The notes: generated by a model from the sequence alone, not told the origin. Numbered from the stretch's first letter, positions 13,201 through 25,660 are shown. The stretch: DNA of 64,000 nucleotides from Caecitellus pseudoparvulus (GCA_965644315.1 CBFFRQ010000043.1:124001-188000), one strand, 5' to 3'. Numbers and translations are program-made.

Positions 13201-16200
13201 AAGACCATCGGCAACTGGCGTGGGACGGAGGCCCGAGAAATGTGCTACAAACGGGTAGCCGTCGCCACTGACTACGCTGCGGCTGCGGCTGCGTGTGATG
13301 CCGAGTTCGAGGGCGCCAAGCTTGTCTCCATCACCAACAAGATCGAGGACTTGACTCTGCATGGGCTGCTGGCAGACGGTGACTGGATCGGGCTCCGGCG
13401 CCTCTCGCCGTTTTCCCTGCAGTATTACTGGCCAGATGGATCGTCGGTGCAGGAAGCAGGCGCATCAACGTCCGAGTATCAGGCGCCCTGGCAGTCCACG
13501 CCGCAGTTTGGGGCGGGTGGAGACTGTGTGCACTTTGTAAGCAGTGGCAAGGAATGGGCGCAGACTTCATGCGGGGGCTCGCGCGACTTCCTGTGCGAAA
13601 TGGAAGTGCCCATTCCAAAGGCCGACTTCTATTCCGGCCGCTTGGTGGACTTTCCCTTTCCTGGATCGCCCAAGGAGTCAGCTCCGGCTGATATTTGCTT
13701 GCCACCCGAGGCACAGCCCCCTGCTCCAACAGGGCTGTGCCCCGGAGGCTGGACTGAGCTGCCCACGCACCGAGCCTGCTACAAGCTTGAAACCACCCCT
13801 GTAACACAAGCTGACGGGGAAGAAACTTGTGCAGCCTCCGGCGGCTTCCTCGCTCGTCTGGGCTCTGAGCAAGAGCTGGACGATGTGTCAAGTGCACTCC
13901 TTGGAGGCTTGGACAACACGGCCGCTTGGGTGGGGCTGTCAGATGAAGATGCTGAGGGCACATTCATCTGGAGCGATGGGCGTCAGATGCAGTACGGCCA
14001 TCGTCTCTCCGGAGGCAACACCCTGCAGAGTGACTGCGCCAAGCTGACCAAGGTGAACGGACAAGTCAGCATAGCTCCTGCTTGGTGTGTTGAGGAGGTC
14101 AGACCTCTCTGCAAGCGGCACCTGCACACCCAAGGCGACACGGGGTACGTTCCGCTTCCAACTGGAAGCACGTGGACCGAGGCGAATGAAGCCTGTGCAA
14201 ACATGATGGGGCACCTGGCAGTGCCTCGATCAGTGGCCCAGGTGTCGTACCTGCTGGACACAGTGCTGAACGGGACCACGGGCCGCATCTGGACCGGGCT
14301 GACATCGCAGCCTGCAGGAGACGATGCCACTTGGCAAGCCTCTGACGGAGGTTCCTTCCCCCACGAAGTCCCATGGCTGTTGGGCCACCCCGCAGCGGGA
14401 AATTCCCACTGTGTCGTGGCGCGATTTGACGGCACCTTGCAAGATGTGCCGTGCTGCACGGCGTTTCCGGCGGTGTGTGAAGTGCCCGGCGCGTCCAGAG
14501 GGTGCCCTTCGGGCTGGTCTTGGTTTGGTGGCTTCTGCTACCGTCGAACTGTTGGAGAGTCTTTGAACAGAGCCCAAGCAACGGCACGATGCATGGAGCT
14601 TGGGGCAGCACCTGCCAGCTTGAGGTCCCAGGGCCAGCTAGACTGGCTTAAAGGTGTGATGACAGCGCCTGTGTCCCCCCACTCCAGTGTTTCTCTGGGT
14701 GTTCTCGTCAACGACGCTGTAGATGACTTTGAACCCGTTGACCCAGTTGCATTTCGAGCATCCGCCCCAGACTGGGCTGGTGGAGTCATTCCTCCCCATT
14801 CAGCCGATTTCTACCTTAGGACGACCCACAACCCTTTAGGCAGCCACGGTGCCGATTTAGGAGTAGTCCCCTCGTCGGCGACATCAGATGTGGTGTGTGA
14901 GCGCCCAGGGGTTGGAGGCGAGTTCTTCGCATGTCCCAGGGGCTGGCTGCCCCTGCAGGACAGGTGTGTTTGGGAGTCCAGCGTGCGCACCGACGGGCAG
15001 CTAGGCTACGCTGGCGCCCGCGCGCCTGCAAGTCTTCCATGGGGGACTGCACGTGCCGTTTGTCAAGCCTGGGGCGGCAGCGACCTGCTCCAGGTGGATG
15101 TGCCGCGGATCCGTGACGTTGCTGTGGCTGTGGCAACCATTGCAATTGGAGCTGAATCTGGCGGTGGTGGCGCGTGGGAGTTCTCTGCTCCGCCAGGTAG
15201 CAACTTTTTGACGACTGCTAGCAACGGTGCATCAAGTCGATGGCAAGGCGGGTCTGTCGCGAATGTTGGAGCAGGCTTGGGGCTGGCAGTTAACAGCGCA
15301 GGGTTGTATCAAGACATGCCGGCGAACTCAAAGTCACCGTTCATGTGTGAGATGCGGCTTGGAGACTCGGTGGCATGCCCTGCAACATACTCTCAAGTTG
15401 GGTACAGCTGCCTGCGGGCAATCAGCGCGCCTGGGACTGTGACAGCCACGAATGCCAGGGAAACTTGTCGAAATGAAGGTGGGATGCTTGCATCCGTGTC
15501 AACGGCCCGGGAGCTCGAGTGGATGCTCGATACGATTACGTCTGATGCATGGGTGGGCGTTCAGTGGCCCTCCAATGCGATGCCGACGAATGCGGACGGT
15601 GCGCCCATTTACAGAGGCAAACTTGACTTCTCCGGCTCTGACACGGCCGTGAAGCTGATTGATGGCACTGGCGCCCTGCAACGTGCATCACCAGGGACAA
15701 TGCTGGACTTCGCAATCTGCAAGTTGCCTGGCTTTCAGCTATATTTGGAAAAGCCCGTAAGCTTGACCCACATTTGGGGCTCAAGTGCGTACGGTCGCTC
15801 CACGGCGGGCAGCTTCAACGTCGCAAATAGACGAAGGCTCGCAACAAGCCTGGGTGGCGACCTTCTGACCTTCAATAATGTGGACGAGATGATTTATGTT
15901 GAAGAAAATGTCGTGACAGGTGGAGGAGAAGCTGTTGCATTTTTCCGCGAGGGATTTGAGGGTACAGCAGAAGATGACTTTCGCTGGGCAGACGGCAGCA
16001 ACGACTTGTTTGGCGCCAGCTTGGGTTCGCACGGTGGGAGCACAGCGTGTGCAAAGTTTGACGATTCTGGATCTTTCACTGCCATCGATTGCACCGTTTC
16101 AGAGAATGGCGCCATGGAAGTGCCCATCATTCCAGCCTGCCCGCCGAACATGGCGCCGCACGGCGGGCGATGTGTGGGATATCCTGCTGGGACTGGCGGA

Positions 16201-19200
16201 GGCACGTACGTTGCGGGCCAGGGCAGGTGTGAGCAACATGGGGCAGACCTGGCGTCGGTCTCCACTTTCTTGGACCACTTTGCCATTGCAGAGCGACTGG
16301 ACGGTGTGGTGGGTGGCAGCTACCCGAACTCGTTCTTTGGCCTGAGGCGACAGGAAGGCAATGGGGGAGACGACTGGCTGTGGACTGACGGCCGGCTGAT
16401 CTCCGACGAACCCTCCAGCTGCCAGACAGGTACCGGCACATACTGCAGCTGGCGTCCTGGAGAGCCCAACAGCACGCCTGGGGTCGAAGACTGTGGAAAC
16501 TTGGGGCTGTGGAACAACGATGAGTGGAATGATATGTCCTGCACCACATCGATTGCTGCAATATGTGGTATGCCGTATCTGCTGCGCCACTTCGACCCGG
16601 GGAAGCACGCAATGCTCTCCATGTCCACAGTTGGTGATGACATGGTTCCCGCTGCTCCCAGCTCAACCACCACGCCGTTTCCCGCTGCAACGTGTGGGGC
16701 ATCGGCATCGGCAACGCCGACGGCCTCGGTGAGCCCTGTTTACACTGTGTCAGGCACGCCGTCGCCTAGTCGATCCGGCACACCAAGCGTCAGCCCGACA
16801 TCAACAAGTACACCGAGCAGCACATCCACGGTTACTCCAACCAAAACGGCAACGCCAAGCACGAGTGCGACGGAAACCCCCACGCAGACGCCGTCGCCCA
16901 CATCCACTGGCACGCCCAGCGTTACAGCCAGCGTGACGCCCTCCCAAACCACGACAGGCACGCCCAGTGTCACCGCCACACAAACCATGACAGGCACACC
17001 CAGTGTCACTGCATCGCAGACCATGACAGGCACGCCCAGCGTGACGGCATCGCAGACGGCCAGCGTGACTGCCTCCCAAACTGCCAGTGTGACGGCGACA
17101 CAGACCATGACTGGCACACCCAGCGTGACTGCGTCGCAGACGGCAAGCGTGACGGCGTCTCAGACCGCCAGCGTGACCATGACCGGCACGCCAAGCCAGA
17201 CGATGACGGGGACGCCCTCCAACACTGCCAGCGTGACTGCGTCCAACACTGCCAGTGTGACTGCGTCCAACACTGCCAGCGTGACGCCTTCTAACACGGC
17301 CAGCGTGACGCCCTCCAACACGGCCAGCGTGACGCCCTCCAACACAGCCAGCGTCACGAGCACGCCATCCAACACGATGACGTCGACGCCCAGCGTGACG
17401 GCGACGTCCTCCGTGACGCCCACTTCCTCCCAGACGCCGTCGCCCAGCGCGCCCCACTGTCGCCCTCTGCCACGTGTGGCAGGCGGGGGCTCCTGGACCT
17501 GTGAGCGTCTGGGTGTGGCGGTGAACGGGACAGACCGGTACACGGGTCTGGACACGGAGTGTGTGGCACGGTGCACGGCGCCCCTGCTGCCATGGGGCTT
17601 CACACGGGCTCGGTGCAGTGGCACGAGTGAGTGGGCGTTTCACCTGGCCGATGGGACTGTGCTGTGGACGGCGTCTGACAGCGACATCGCGGCGGGGGCG
17701 TTCCCGGCTGCTGTGCAGTGTGTGGATGCGCGGCCGACAGGTGCAGGGGCAGTGACTGCTGTGGACCCATGCCAGCTGAATGCTGTGGTGTCGTGGGCTG
17801 ACTCTGCGCCACGTGTGCCGCTGCCTGCTTTGACGTGGGCCACTGTGACGGCAGTGGGCAGTGGGCTGGCGTGGATGGGGCCTTCCAGTGCGTCCACGGA
17901 TGGCAGTGTGACGGCGCCTGCGCCTGTGCCTCTTGCGGGCTCCCTGTCTGCAGGGTCGCTCGGGGCGCGGAGTGAGCTGGTGTCGCAGTGGTCTGCCATA
18001 GCGACTGCTCACTCCAACGGCATGCAGTACTACAGTGTGTGGACGTGGCAGGGCAGTGGCACACCCAGCCAGGCTGCACTGGTGCAGAATGGCACGCTGG
18101 TGGCGTTGGCTGGCAGCCGTGCTGCATTCGAGAGTGCGACGGGCGGCACGGTGGGCGCGTCAGTGGAGCGCAGCGGCAGCATCGTGCGTGCCATGAACGT
18201 GCAAGGTTTGCCCGAGGACCGGCTGCTGCGGTTCTACACCCGTGCAGGGAACTCCCTGGGCCAGAGCGCAGCGTCGGCGCCGTTCAGCCCTGTGCGGCTG
18301 TTGAGCAGCAAGTGCGACTTGTTCAGCCTGACAGTGGACGCCCGTGCTGTGGAGAGTGTGGACGTGTTCAACACGTCTGGCGCGTATGCCCGGCCGGCTG
18401 TGAGCGGCGCGTCCCCGCTGGAAGCCTTCGATCACCAGGGCAGTGACACTGCCGGCGCAGGCGGGGTGGTGGATGTGTCACCGAGCTCCATTGATCCGCG
18501 TCTGGGCAGGGCCGCGTGGCTGGGCGACTTGCGTGTGCCTGGTCAGCCCACCTCTGCGTCTGTGGAGACGCCCCTGTTGCTGTCTGCGGGCTCGACGCCG
18601 CTGGGCCTGGGGTTCGAGGTCGTCATGCCGAACCAGCCAGGCCCGAACGAAGTGGTGGTGGTGCAGTGCAGCGGGAGTGTACCGGGCGCTGTGCGTGTGA
18701 CGCCTGAGCAGTTCTCCCTGGACGCCAGTGTGGGCCCAGGCGGCATGCGGCAGTGGTTGCGGGCTGCTCCGCTGTCGCTGCGGGGCGTGAGCTTCCTGGC
18801 GCCCGAGACCTGGTCACGGGCCTTTGCAGTGACGTGTGTGATCACGTCCCAGCTACAGGGCGTGTCGTCTGGTCTGCAGGTGTACGCAGGCCTGCCGCCC
18901 ATCAGCGTGCCGTTTGCCAGCGTGCCGACAGTGTACCCGTTTGTGGGGGATGTGTTGATTGCGCTGCCGGGGGGCACAGGGTGGATGTCCAGCTGGGGCA
19001 GTGGTGGGGGTGACACGGGCGTGCCGGGGCGAGGCCTGGCGTCGCTGTCCACGAACTACAGCCGCATCCTGGCAGCGGCATCTGCGGCGCCCTTTGAAGG
19101 CAGGGCGGGGGACGGCAGTGGTGTGGAGGGTGACTCGCCGTTCACCGTGTTCACGGGTGTGGAGTCGCGGGATGGCGGGGACTACTTCGTCGTGACGCTG

Positions 19201-22200
19201 GGCGGCCTGCAGGACATCGTCATCGTCGCGGACTGCAAGCACCGTGTGCGGTGTGTGCCGACGACTGCAGTGCCAGGTTTCACACCGCCTGCCTCCAGCG
19301 CGGGTCTGCCTGTGCAGCCGTTTGCGTTTGTGCCAGGTGCACAGGTGTGGCTGGGGGACATGCAGCTGAACGTGTCTGCCGTGTCCAGTGACGGTCTGGT
19401 GCTGCGGCTGAGGATGCCATCGTACAGCAGCATGTGCCCCTCTGAGGAGGCATGTCGAGGCCAACGTGCCTACCGCGCGCTGTGGGTGGCCAACCCGCCC
19501 ATGGTGCCGGCTGAGTGGGTGGAGCACGTGAGCTCGACATGGCGTGCCCGGGCGGCAGGGACTGCCGTGGAGGACTGGGTGGAGGCGGGGCACCCGCTGT
19601 TCGTGGCGGGCGAGGCGGCGTGGGCATCTGCTCGGAGTGCCGGGACACTGCGTGTGGCTGGTGCGGGGGCTGGTGTCGTGCTGGGGGGTGTGTCAGCGTG
19701 CCCCCTGGCGTGCCCAGGCGCTGGCAGTGCAGCTCGTGCATCCCTGCCCACTGGCGCTGCTGCCGCCTCGCGCCGTCTGCAGACAAGTGCGTCTGCACCT
19801 GGAGAGCAGGCACACTCACTGCTGGGGTACGGGACATTCGTGACGGCGTCGTGTGTCGGGTACACGCCGCCTGGGCCAGTGTGCCGTGATGCCACCGACC
19901 CTGGGCATCGCAACTGTGCATTTGGCGCTGGGGATGACTGTGTGCGGTGTGGGGTGGGTGAGCTGTGTCCGGGAGGGTACCGTCGGTGGCCCAAGCCTGG
20001 GTACTGGGTGGCGTCTGAGGACTCCCGTGTGACGGCCAGCGCGTGTGCGCCTCCGTCGCTGGAGCGGTGCACAGGGTGGAACTACACGACGTCCACGGCG
20101 GCATGTGGTGTGGGGTATGAGGGCCGTCTGTGTGCGCTGTGCAGCAAGGGCTTCTACCCGAAGGACACTGGGGCTTGCACGCCATGTCCCAAGAGCCAGG
20201 GCGGGCTGGAGCTGGTGCTGCCGCCGCTGGCCTTTGCAGGGGCAGCCTTCGGGTTGTTCCTGGTGATGGCGACGGCCATCCGCATCGTGACGGCCATCAA
20301 GGGCGGCTCCTTCGCAGGGGGCATGAAGCGAGCGGCGCAGTTTGTCGTGTGGACGGTGAGCATGCTGCAGGTGATTGTGCAGGTGGGCAAGGCAGCCAGC
20401 CCTGGCCTGCCGCCGTACTTGCAGTCCCTGTACACACAGCTGAACGTGTTGCAGTTTGACAGCTCTGGTCTGGTGCCGCCTGCCTGTCTGGACCAGGCGC
20501 CGTTTACGGCTGAGAAGACGACGATGGGCATCGCGTTGGGGTTGTTGGTGCTGACGGTGGTGATGACTGCGCTGAAGGCGGAGAAGGCGGGGGGCAAGGG
20601 GAAGGGTGAGGCGGAGGGTGTGGACCCCCGGGCGGCTGTGGGTGTGTGGGGGAAGGTGAAGCCCCTGCTGCGGCGACTGACATTCACGTTGATGACGCTG
20701 ATGTATGCGATTGTGTGTAACACGGTGCTGGGGCTGTTGTTCTGCAGCCGCGAGCTGGTGGATGATGGGGGTGAGGTGGTGGAGAAGTGGCTGTTGGTGA
20801 GCAATCCCTTCTACGAGTGCTTTGCAGAGGACCACGTGGTGCCTGGCGCCATGGCGGTAGGCCTGTTACTGCTGTATGTGGTGGGGTACCCCGTCCTGAC
20901 GTACTTGTGGGTGCGTCGCAAGATCCACAAGGTGATGTTGAAGTCCCAGGCTGCCCAGGCGTATGCCCGTGCGACAGCCAAGGTGAACGCGGTGAAGGCT
21001 GCCCGGGCAGCTGTGAAGGCCAGTGGCAGCGCCGCCAAGTTGAAGAGCAAGGCCATCGCGAAGAAGGTGCGTCGGCAGTCCATGGCGGTTGGCAAGCGGG
21101 TGGTGGACCCGGTCGAGGCGGCAGCTGTGGCGATGGGTGACGTGGGTGGCTTTGACAGCGACGAGGAGAGCTTGCTGGCACAGCACCTGAAGGTGCATGG
21201 GGGCGGGGGCGACGGGAAGGAGGGGCCCCGGCGTGTGGACCTGGGTGAGCTGTACTTCGGGCAGGGCGGCGTGATGTCACGTGGTGCCGCTGCTCGGCTG
21301 GCGTCCTTGCCTGCATCTGTGGTGAGTCCTGTGGTGAAGGCGAAGGCTGTGGCAGCTGCCGAGGCGGCGGCTGGTGCGGGTGGTCGGGTGCGCAAGAAGC
21401 GCTTCTCGTTGATGCCCACGCGAGGGGCAGCGGCCAAGACCGCCGCGGCACCTGCCCTGCGCAGTGCCGGTGTGGGGGGCGCCAGCACCGCGAAGGGCGG
21501 CACGCTGAACCCCATGTTCGTGAGGGCGCGGCCAGGGTACAAGGCAGATGCCGAGCTGCTGATGCGGGCAGGCCGGCTGGGGTCACGTGCGGCGCTGCCG
21601 GGTGGTGCGTACGCCGGCCTGTCTGCGGCACAGCACTTGCTGATGCCATCTGAGAAGGCTGTGCAGCTGCAGAGTGCAGATGCCTTCAGCATTCGCGACC
21701 CCGAGGAGCTGGAGCAGGTGGCGGCGTACCGCAGCACGGTCATGTCGTCGTCCTTCGGGGCGATGGATGCCGTGCGGCAGCGGGCTCGTGCGCTGCGGGC
21801 GGGTCTGGCAACGGGCCAAGACGACGCGGAGTGGCTGCGGAAGGATGTGCATGGGCTGTACGTGGCGCGCACAGCGTTCCACCCGATGTTGAGTGACCCT
21901 GCAGCGTACAGTGAGATGAGCGTGGGGCGGCGTGGGGGGGGTGCCCGCAGCAAGGCCAGCCCCAGTGTGGGCACGGCGAACCCCCTGGCCATGTTGAAGC
22001 ATGGCATGCGAGGGGGGGATGTGGGCGCTCCTGCCGCGACACCGACAGCCAGTGCCAAGCGTGGTGGGTATGGCGCCACGCTGAAGGCGCGTGTGGTGCA
22101 TGGGCAGGTGAAGGGGGATGATGCCGACGACGAAGATGCGGGGGCTGGTGGCGGGTGGTGTGCGTGCTGCGGGTGCCTGTGCAGCTGCTGCTTCTACGCC

Positions 22201-23403
22201 TTCTGCTGCTGCATCTGTGCGCTGTGCTGCAGCAAGTGGTTCCAGAAGGTGGCCAAGGCCCAGCGTGCGCTGGGGAAGAAGTGGCGCCACCGCAACGACG
22301 CCAAGTCACCTGAGGAGGCTGAGCTGCTGCACATGATCAACACGGCGCCTGCCCTGGTGCAGAACAACACCCTGGCGCACTTCCTGGACAACGACTACAA
22401 GGCGGTGTACTTCTACTACCGGCACTTGAACATGCTGGTGCTGCTGGCGCTGTCAGTGACGGTGGTGTTCTTCGCGGCGCCAGAGTCGCAGAACGTGGCG
22501 TTGTTGAAGTTCTTCATCACCTTCCTGGTCGTGAGCAGCGTCGTGGTGAGCATGGTGTACGAGTCGCCCTTCCTGGACAACGAGAAGTGGAAGGAGAACG
22601 TGAAGGTGTACTCCCTGACGCTGGCCGTGACGGCGGGGCTCATGAACTACGTGACGTTCATGGAGGGGGAGCTGAGTGTGTTCCCATTGGGGCGGAACGG
22701 CGGGCGGAATCTGGCAGTGCTGGTGTTCATCATGTCCATGGGCCTGTTCTTGACGTTGTTGACGTCCTTCTGGCGTGTGTTGATCATGGGTGCGGAGGCG
22801 GAGGCCAAGGCCTTTGCCCGTCGCAAGCGGCGTCTGCAGCGCACCGTGGTGGACCTGCCTGAGGAGCGCCATGTGCGGTACCAGGCGGGGGGCAACCCCA
22901 TGGTGTTCCGCACTCTGCAGGACAAGCTGGGTGCAGCTGGTGGGAAGGGCAGTGGGGGTGGTGGGGGTGGTCCCGCCTCGTCGGCTGCCTCGCGTGATGG
23001 CGCCGGGCACGTGCGGCGTGCTCGCATGTCTGTGGTGGCGCAGAGCATGATGAAGGGTGGCAAGCGTGTGGCTGGTCGGCGGGGGAAGCAGGTCAGGTCA
23101 GGTGGGGGTGAGAAGGATGAGCCCACGTCGCGGCTGGAGGTGGCGGGCAAGGGAAGTGTGGACCTGGGCGGTGACGGTGAGAGCGGGCCGGGTGCTTTGA
23201 ACCCAGGCGTGGTGGGTGCCCGGATGGTGCGCCGTGAGCAAGCAAGCGTGACGCCGCTGGCGATCGGGCAGGGCGCGGAGAAGTGGCGCGCAGCGTACGC
23301 GACAGCTGCGGCGCAGCTGAGCGTGATGAGCGGGCGGGAGCGGCAGCAGATCTTGCGCGATGCGGCGCGTGAGCGGGCGTATGCGAAGCGCCGCATGTGG
23401 TAA
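10241..23403 (+). CDS. Giant multi-C-type-lectin multipass membrane receptor, copy A (signal peptide, 14 CTLDs, Thr/Ser stalk, sushi-like, FN3-like, Cys-rich, about 9 TM)
   Basis: Signal peptide MPAALSRLLLAAAFAVATRRAFS at 10241. Introns 10767-10837 and 10973-11044, plus one or two between 10335 and about 10499, restore CTLD1 and join the 4136-aa ORF. Repeated CPxGW...CY...WxGL...W.DG...C...CE units; GYEGRLCALCSKGFY followed by hydrophobic helices. Confidence 0.9.
16740..17450 (+). repeat. Mucin-like Thr/Ser/Pro stalk repeats (TMTGTPSVTASQ, TASVT[A/P]SN units), copy A
   Basis: Degenerate 24- and 36-nt coding repeats visible in DNA and protein. Confidence 0.9.
16844..23400 (+). repeat. Left arm of 6,557-bp inverted repeat (constant region of receptor A)
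   Basis: Position x pairs with 52730-x (e.g. ORF-track pair 19470..20072 and 32658..33260). Identity starts at aaacggcaacgccaagc and ends at the last sense codon TGG. Confidence 0.95.
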
Positions 23404-23684
23404 TTTGCGGCATTGTTTTGTCGCATTTCTTTCTTGTGAATATCAACTAACTGAAGTACTTGTTCTCAATCTGGAGCGTTTGTGTTAGTTAACCAGCATC
23501 CCGCTCCCGACAACAATTCATGGATTCTGACCCACTTCACGCGGTGTTTGGGTTGCTGGGCTCTTCCCCTTGCCCTGTGCCCCGGCTTTGCAGTGCTGCA
23601 CGAATTGCCTCTGGCGCTTGCAGCTGAGCAGGCATGTTTGCCTCCTGCGCTCGACAGCAGCACTGGGCTCCCAGCCTAGTGCAC

Positions 23685-25527
23685 ATGTGGAAGATGCAGG
23701 CAGGGAGTGGCAGTGGTCTTCGCCTTGTGCGCCGTTTCAGCCGCGTGCAAGTCCCTCTGAACCCTGCTGGTGCTGAGCAGGCAAGCAGGGGAGCCAGGAC
23801 CAGTGCCGGTCGAATGGCACTGAAGTGGACGGCGGTTGCGGGGGCAGCAGTTTTCTTGGGCTTTATCCCGGCAAAGATTGCGTATGCAACTCTGCCACTG
23901 TATGACATTGACCTGAGCCAGGCCGGAATCCAAGGCAGCGCGACAAGGAGCGAGGCGCGTGTTTCGGATGCGGAAGTTGCTTCCCAAGGCTCTGATCGCC
24001 TTGTTCGGGACGTGGCCACAGCCATGTCGATCATTGCGGACTATCTCAATGCGGATGACAGCGACGATGCTGACTGGAGTGCAGAACATCAGAGGTCAGC
24101 CGACAAACTCTTAAAACTCTGTCAGGTGAGGCCATGGAGTGCGGCGTGCTTGTGCACCAATTTCCGCACGAGCCCAATGACGTGTGCAGGTGAACAAGGG
24201 CATCTACGTGAAGCTTGGCCAGCACGTTGCGCAGCTGGAGTACTTGCTTCCTCAACAGTATGTCGATACGTTGACGGCCACCTTGACCCAGGCCCCGCAA
24301 GATGATTTCTCAGCTGTCAAGCGGGTGGTCGAGCAAGACCTGGGCGCCTCAATCGACGAGGTGTTTGAGGACTTTGAGGAGGAGCCAATCGCGAGCGCCT
24401 CCCTTGCCCAAGTTCACAGGGCCCGGTTGCGAAGCACAGGAGAGCTGGTCGCCGTCAAGGTCCAGCATGAGGGGTTGCGAGAGCTGTCGCAGGTGGACAT
24501 TGCGACAATCTCCGCGTTGGTGGACCTTGTCAAGGCCATATTCCCCAGCTTCGAGTTCACATGGCTGGCCGATGAAATCAAAATCAACCTTCCAAGAGAA
24601 CTGGATTTCACTCTGGAAGGCGCAAACGCTGAGCGGACTGCGGCGAACTTCCGAGGTGACGAGCGTGTCGCTGTGCCACGCATTGTGTGGGAACACTCGT
24701 CACCTCGCGTCCTCACCATGTCGTTCGAAGAAGGCTGCTACATCACCAACGTACAGGCCATCAAGGAGCAGGGCCTGCAGCCTGCCGACGTCGCTGCCAC
24801 ATTTGCGGACGTGTTCAGCAAGCAGATTTTCATGCATGGCTTCGTGCACGCTGACCCTCACGCGGGGAATGTGTTGGTGCGGCACATACCTGGAGCACCA
24901 GGCAAGCCCCAGTTGGTGTTGCTGGATCATGGGCTGTACCGGCCCCTGGATGATGCGTTCCGCGTTCGGTACGCTCGCCTTTGGCGGGCGTTGATTTTTG
25001 GGGACGAAGAGGGTATCAAGAAGGTCAGCGCCGAGATGGGCGTGGAGGGCATGCACCGGCTGTTTGCCGCCATTCTGACGACCAAGACCTGGGATTGCGT
25101 GTCGAGCTCGTCCCTGGACTCCCTTGTCGCTCGGGGCACCGCGGAGGAGAAGGAGCTGACAAGCCAGCAAGCGAAGGAGTGGTCCGACGACATTCGCGTC
25201 ATCCTCAAAGACCTGCCACCGGAAATGCTGCTGCTGCTTAAGACCAACGACTGCTTGAGGGCTGTAGACTTAGCCCTTGGGGCGAGGGTGAATGGTTTCA
25301 CGAGCATGGCGCTTGATTGCGTGGACGCCATTGCGGCAGACACGCTAGCGCGGGACAAGTCCTGGAGCACCTGGCTGTCCGTTCAAGCTGACCTGTGGCA
25401 AGTCTGGGCTGGAATCTCCGCCTACAAGTGGAGCGCATACCTTTTCCCCCCTCCCCAGGTGCCTGTCCGGCAGCAGGCAGCCACCCAGCTGGCGCCTTCA
25501 ACTCAGACGCAAGGAGAGCAAAGATAG
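23685..25527 (+). CDS. ADCK1: ABC1/UbiB atypical kinase, ADCK1-like, probably mitochondrial
   Basis: Intron 24126-24189 joins the two ORFs. Motifs KLGQH, PIASASLAQVH, VAVKVQH, ELDF..EG.N, HADPHAGN, LDHGLY and LLLKTND; Arg-rich N-terminus. Start could be 23634. Confidence 0.88.
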
Positions 25528-25660
25528 CAGCTCCCACACAATCGTCCGCCAACCCCGACCTCCGACGGGAAGGCTAACGGGCACAATGCATTGCTTGCGC
25601 CATAGACCTGTGCAGAGAAGTATCTAGAGTTACAGGATTCGCGAGGATTTGTGCAGGGGC

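Noticed and set aside
16900-17400. Short periodic repeats as a CRISPR array
   Set aside because: Degenerate in-frame Thr/Ser coding repeats with no unique spacers and no cas genes.
20200-22800. Classical 7-TM adhesion GPCR
   Set aside because: About nine hydrophobic segments and no recognisable GAIN/GPS motif.
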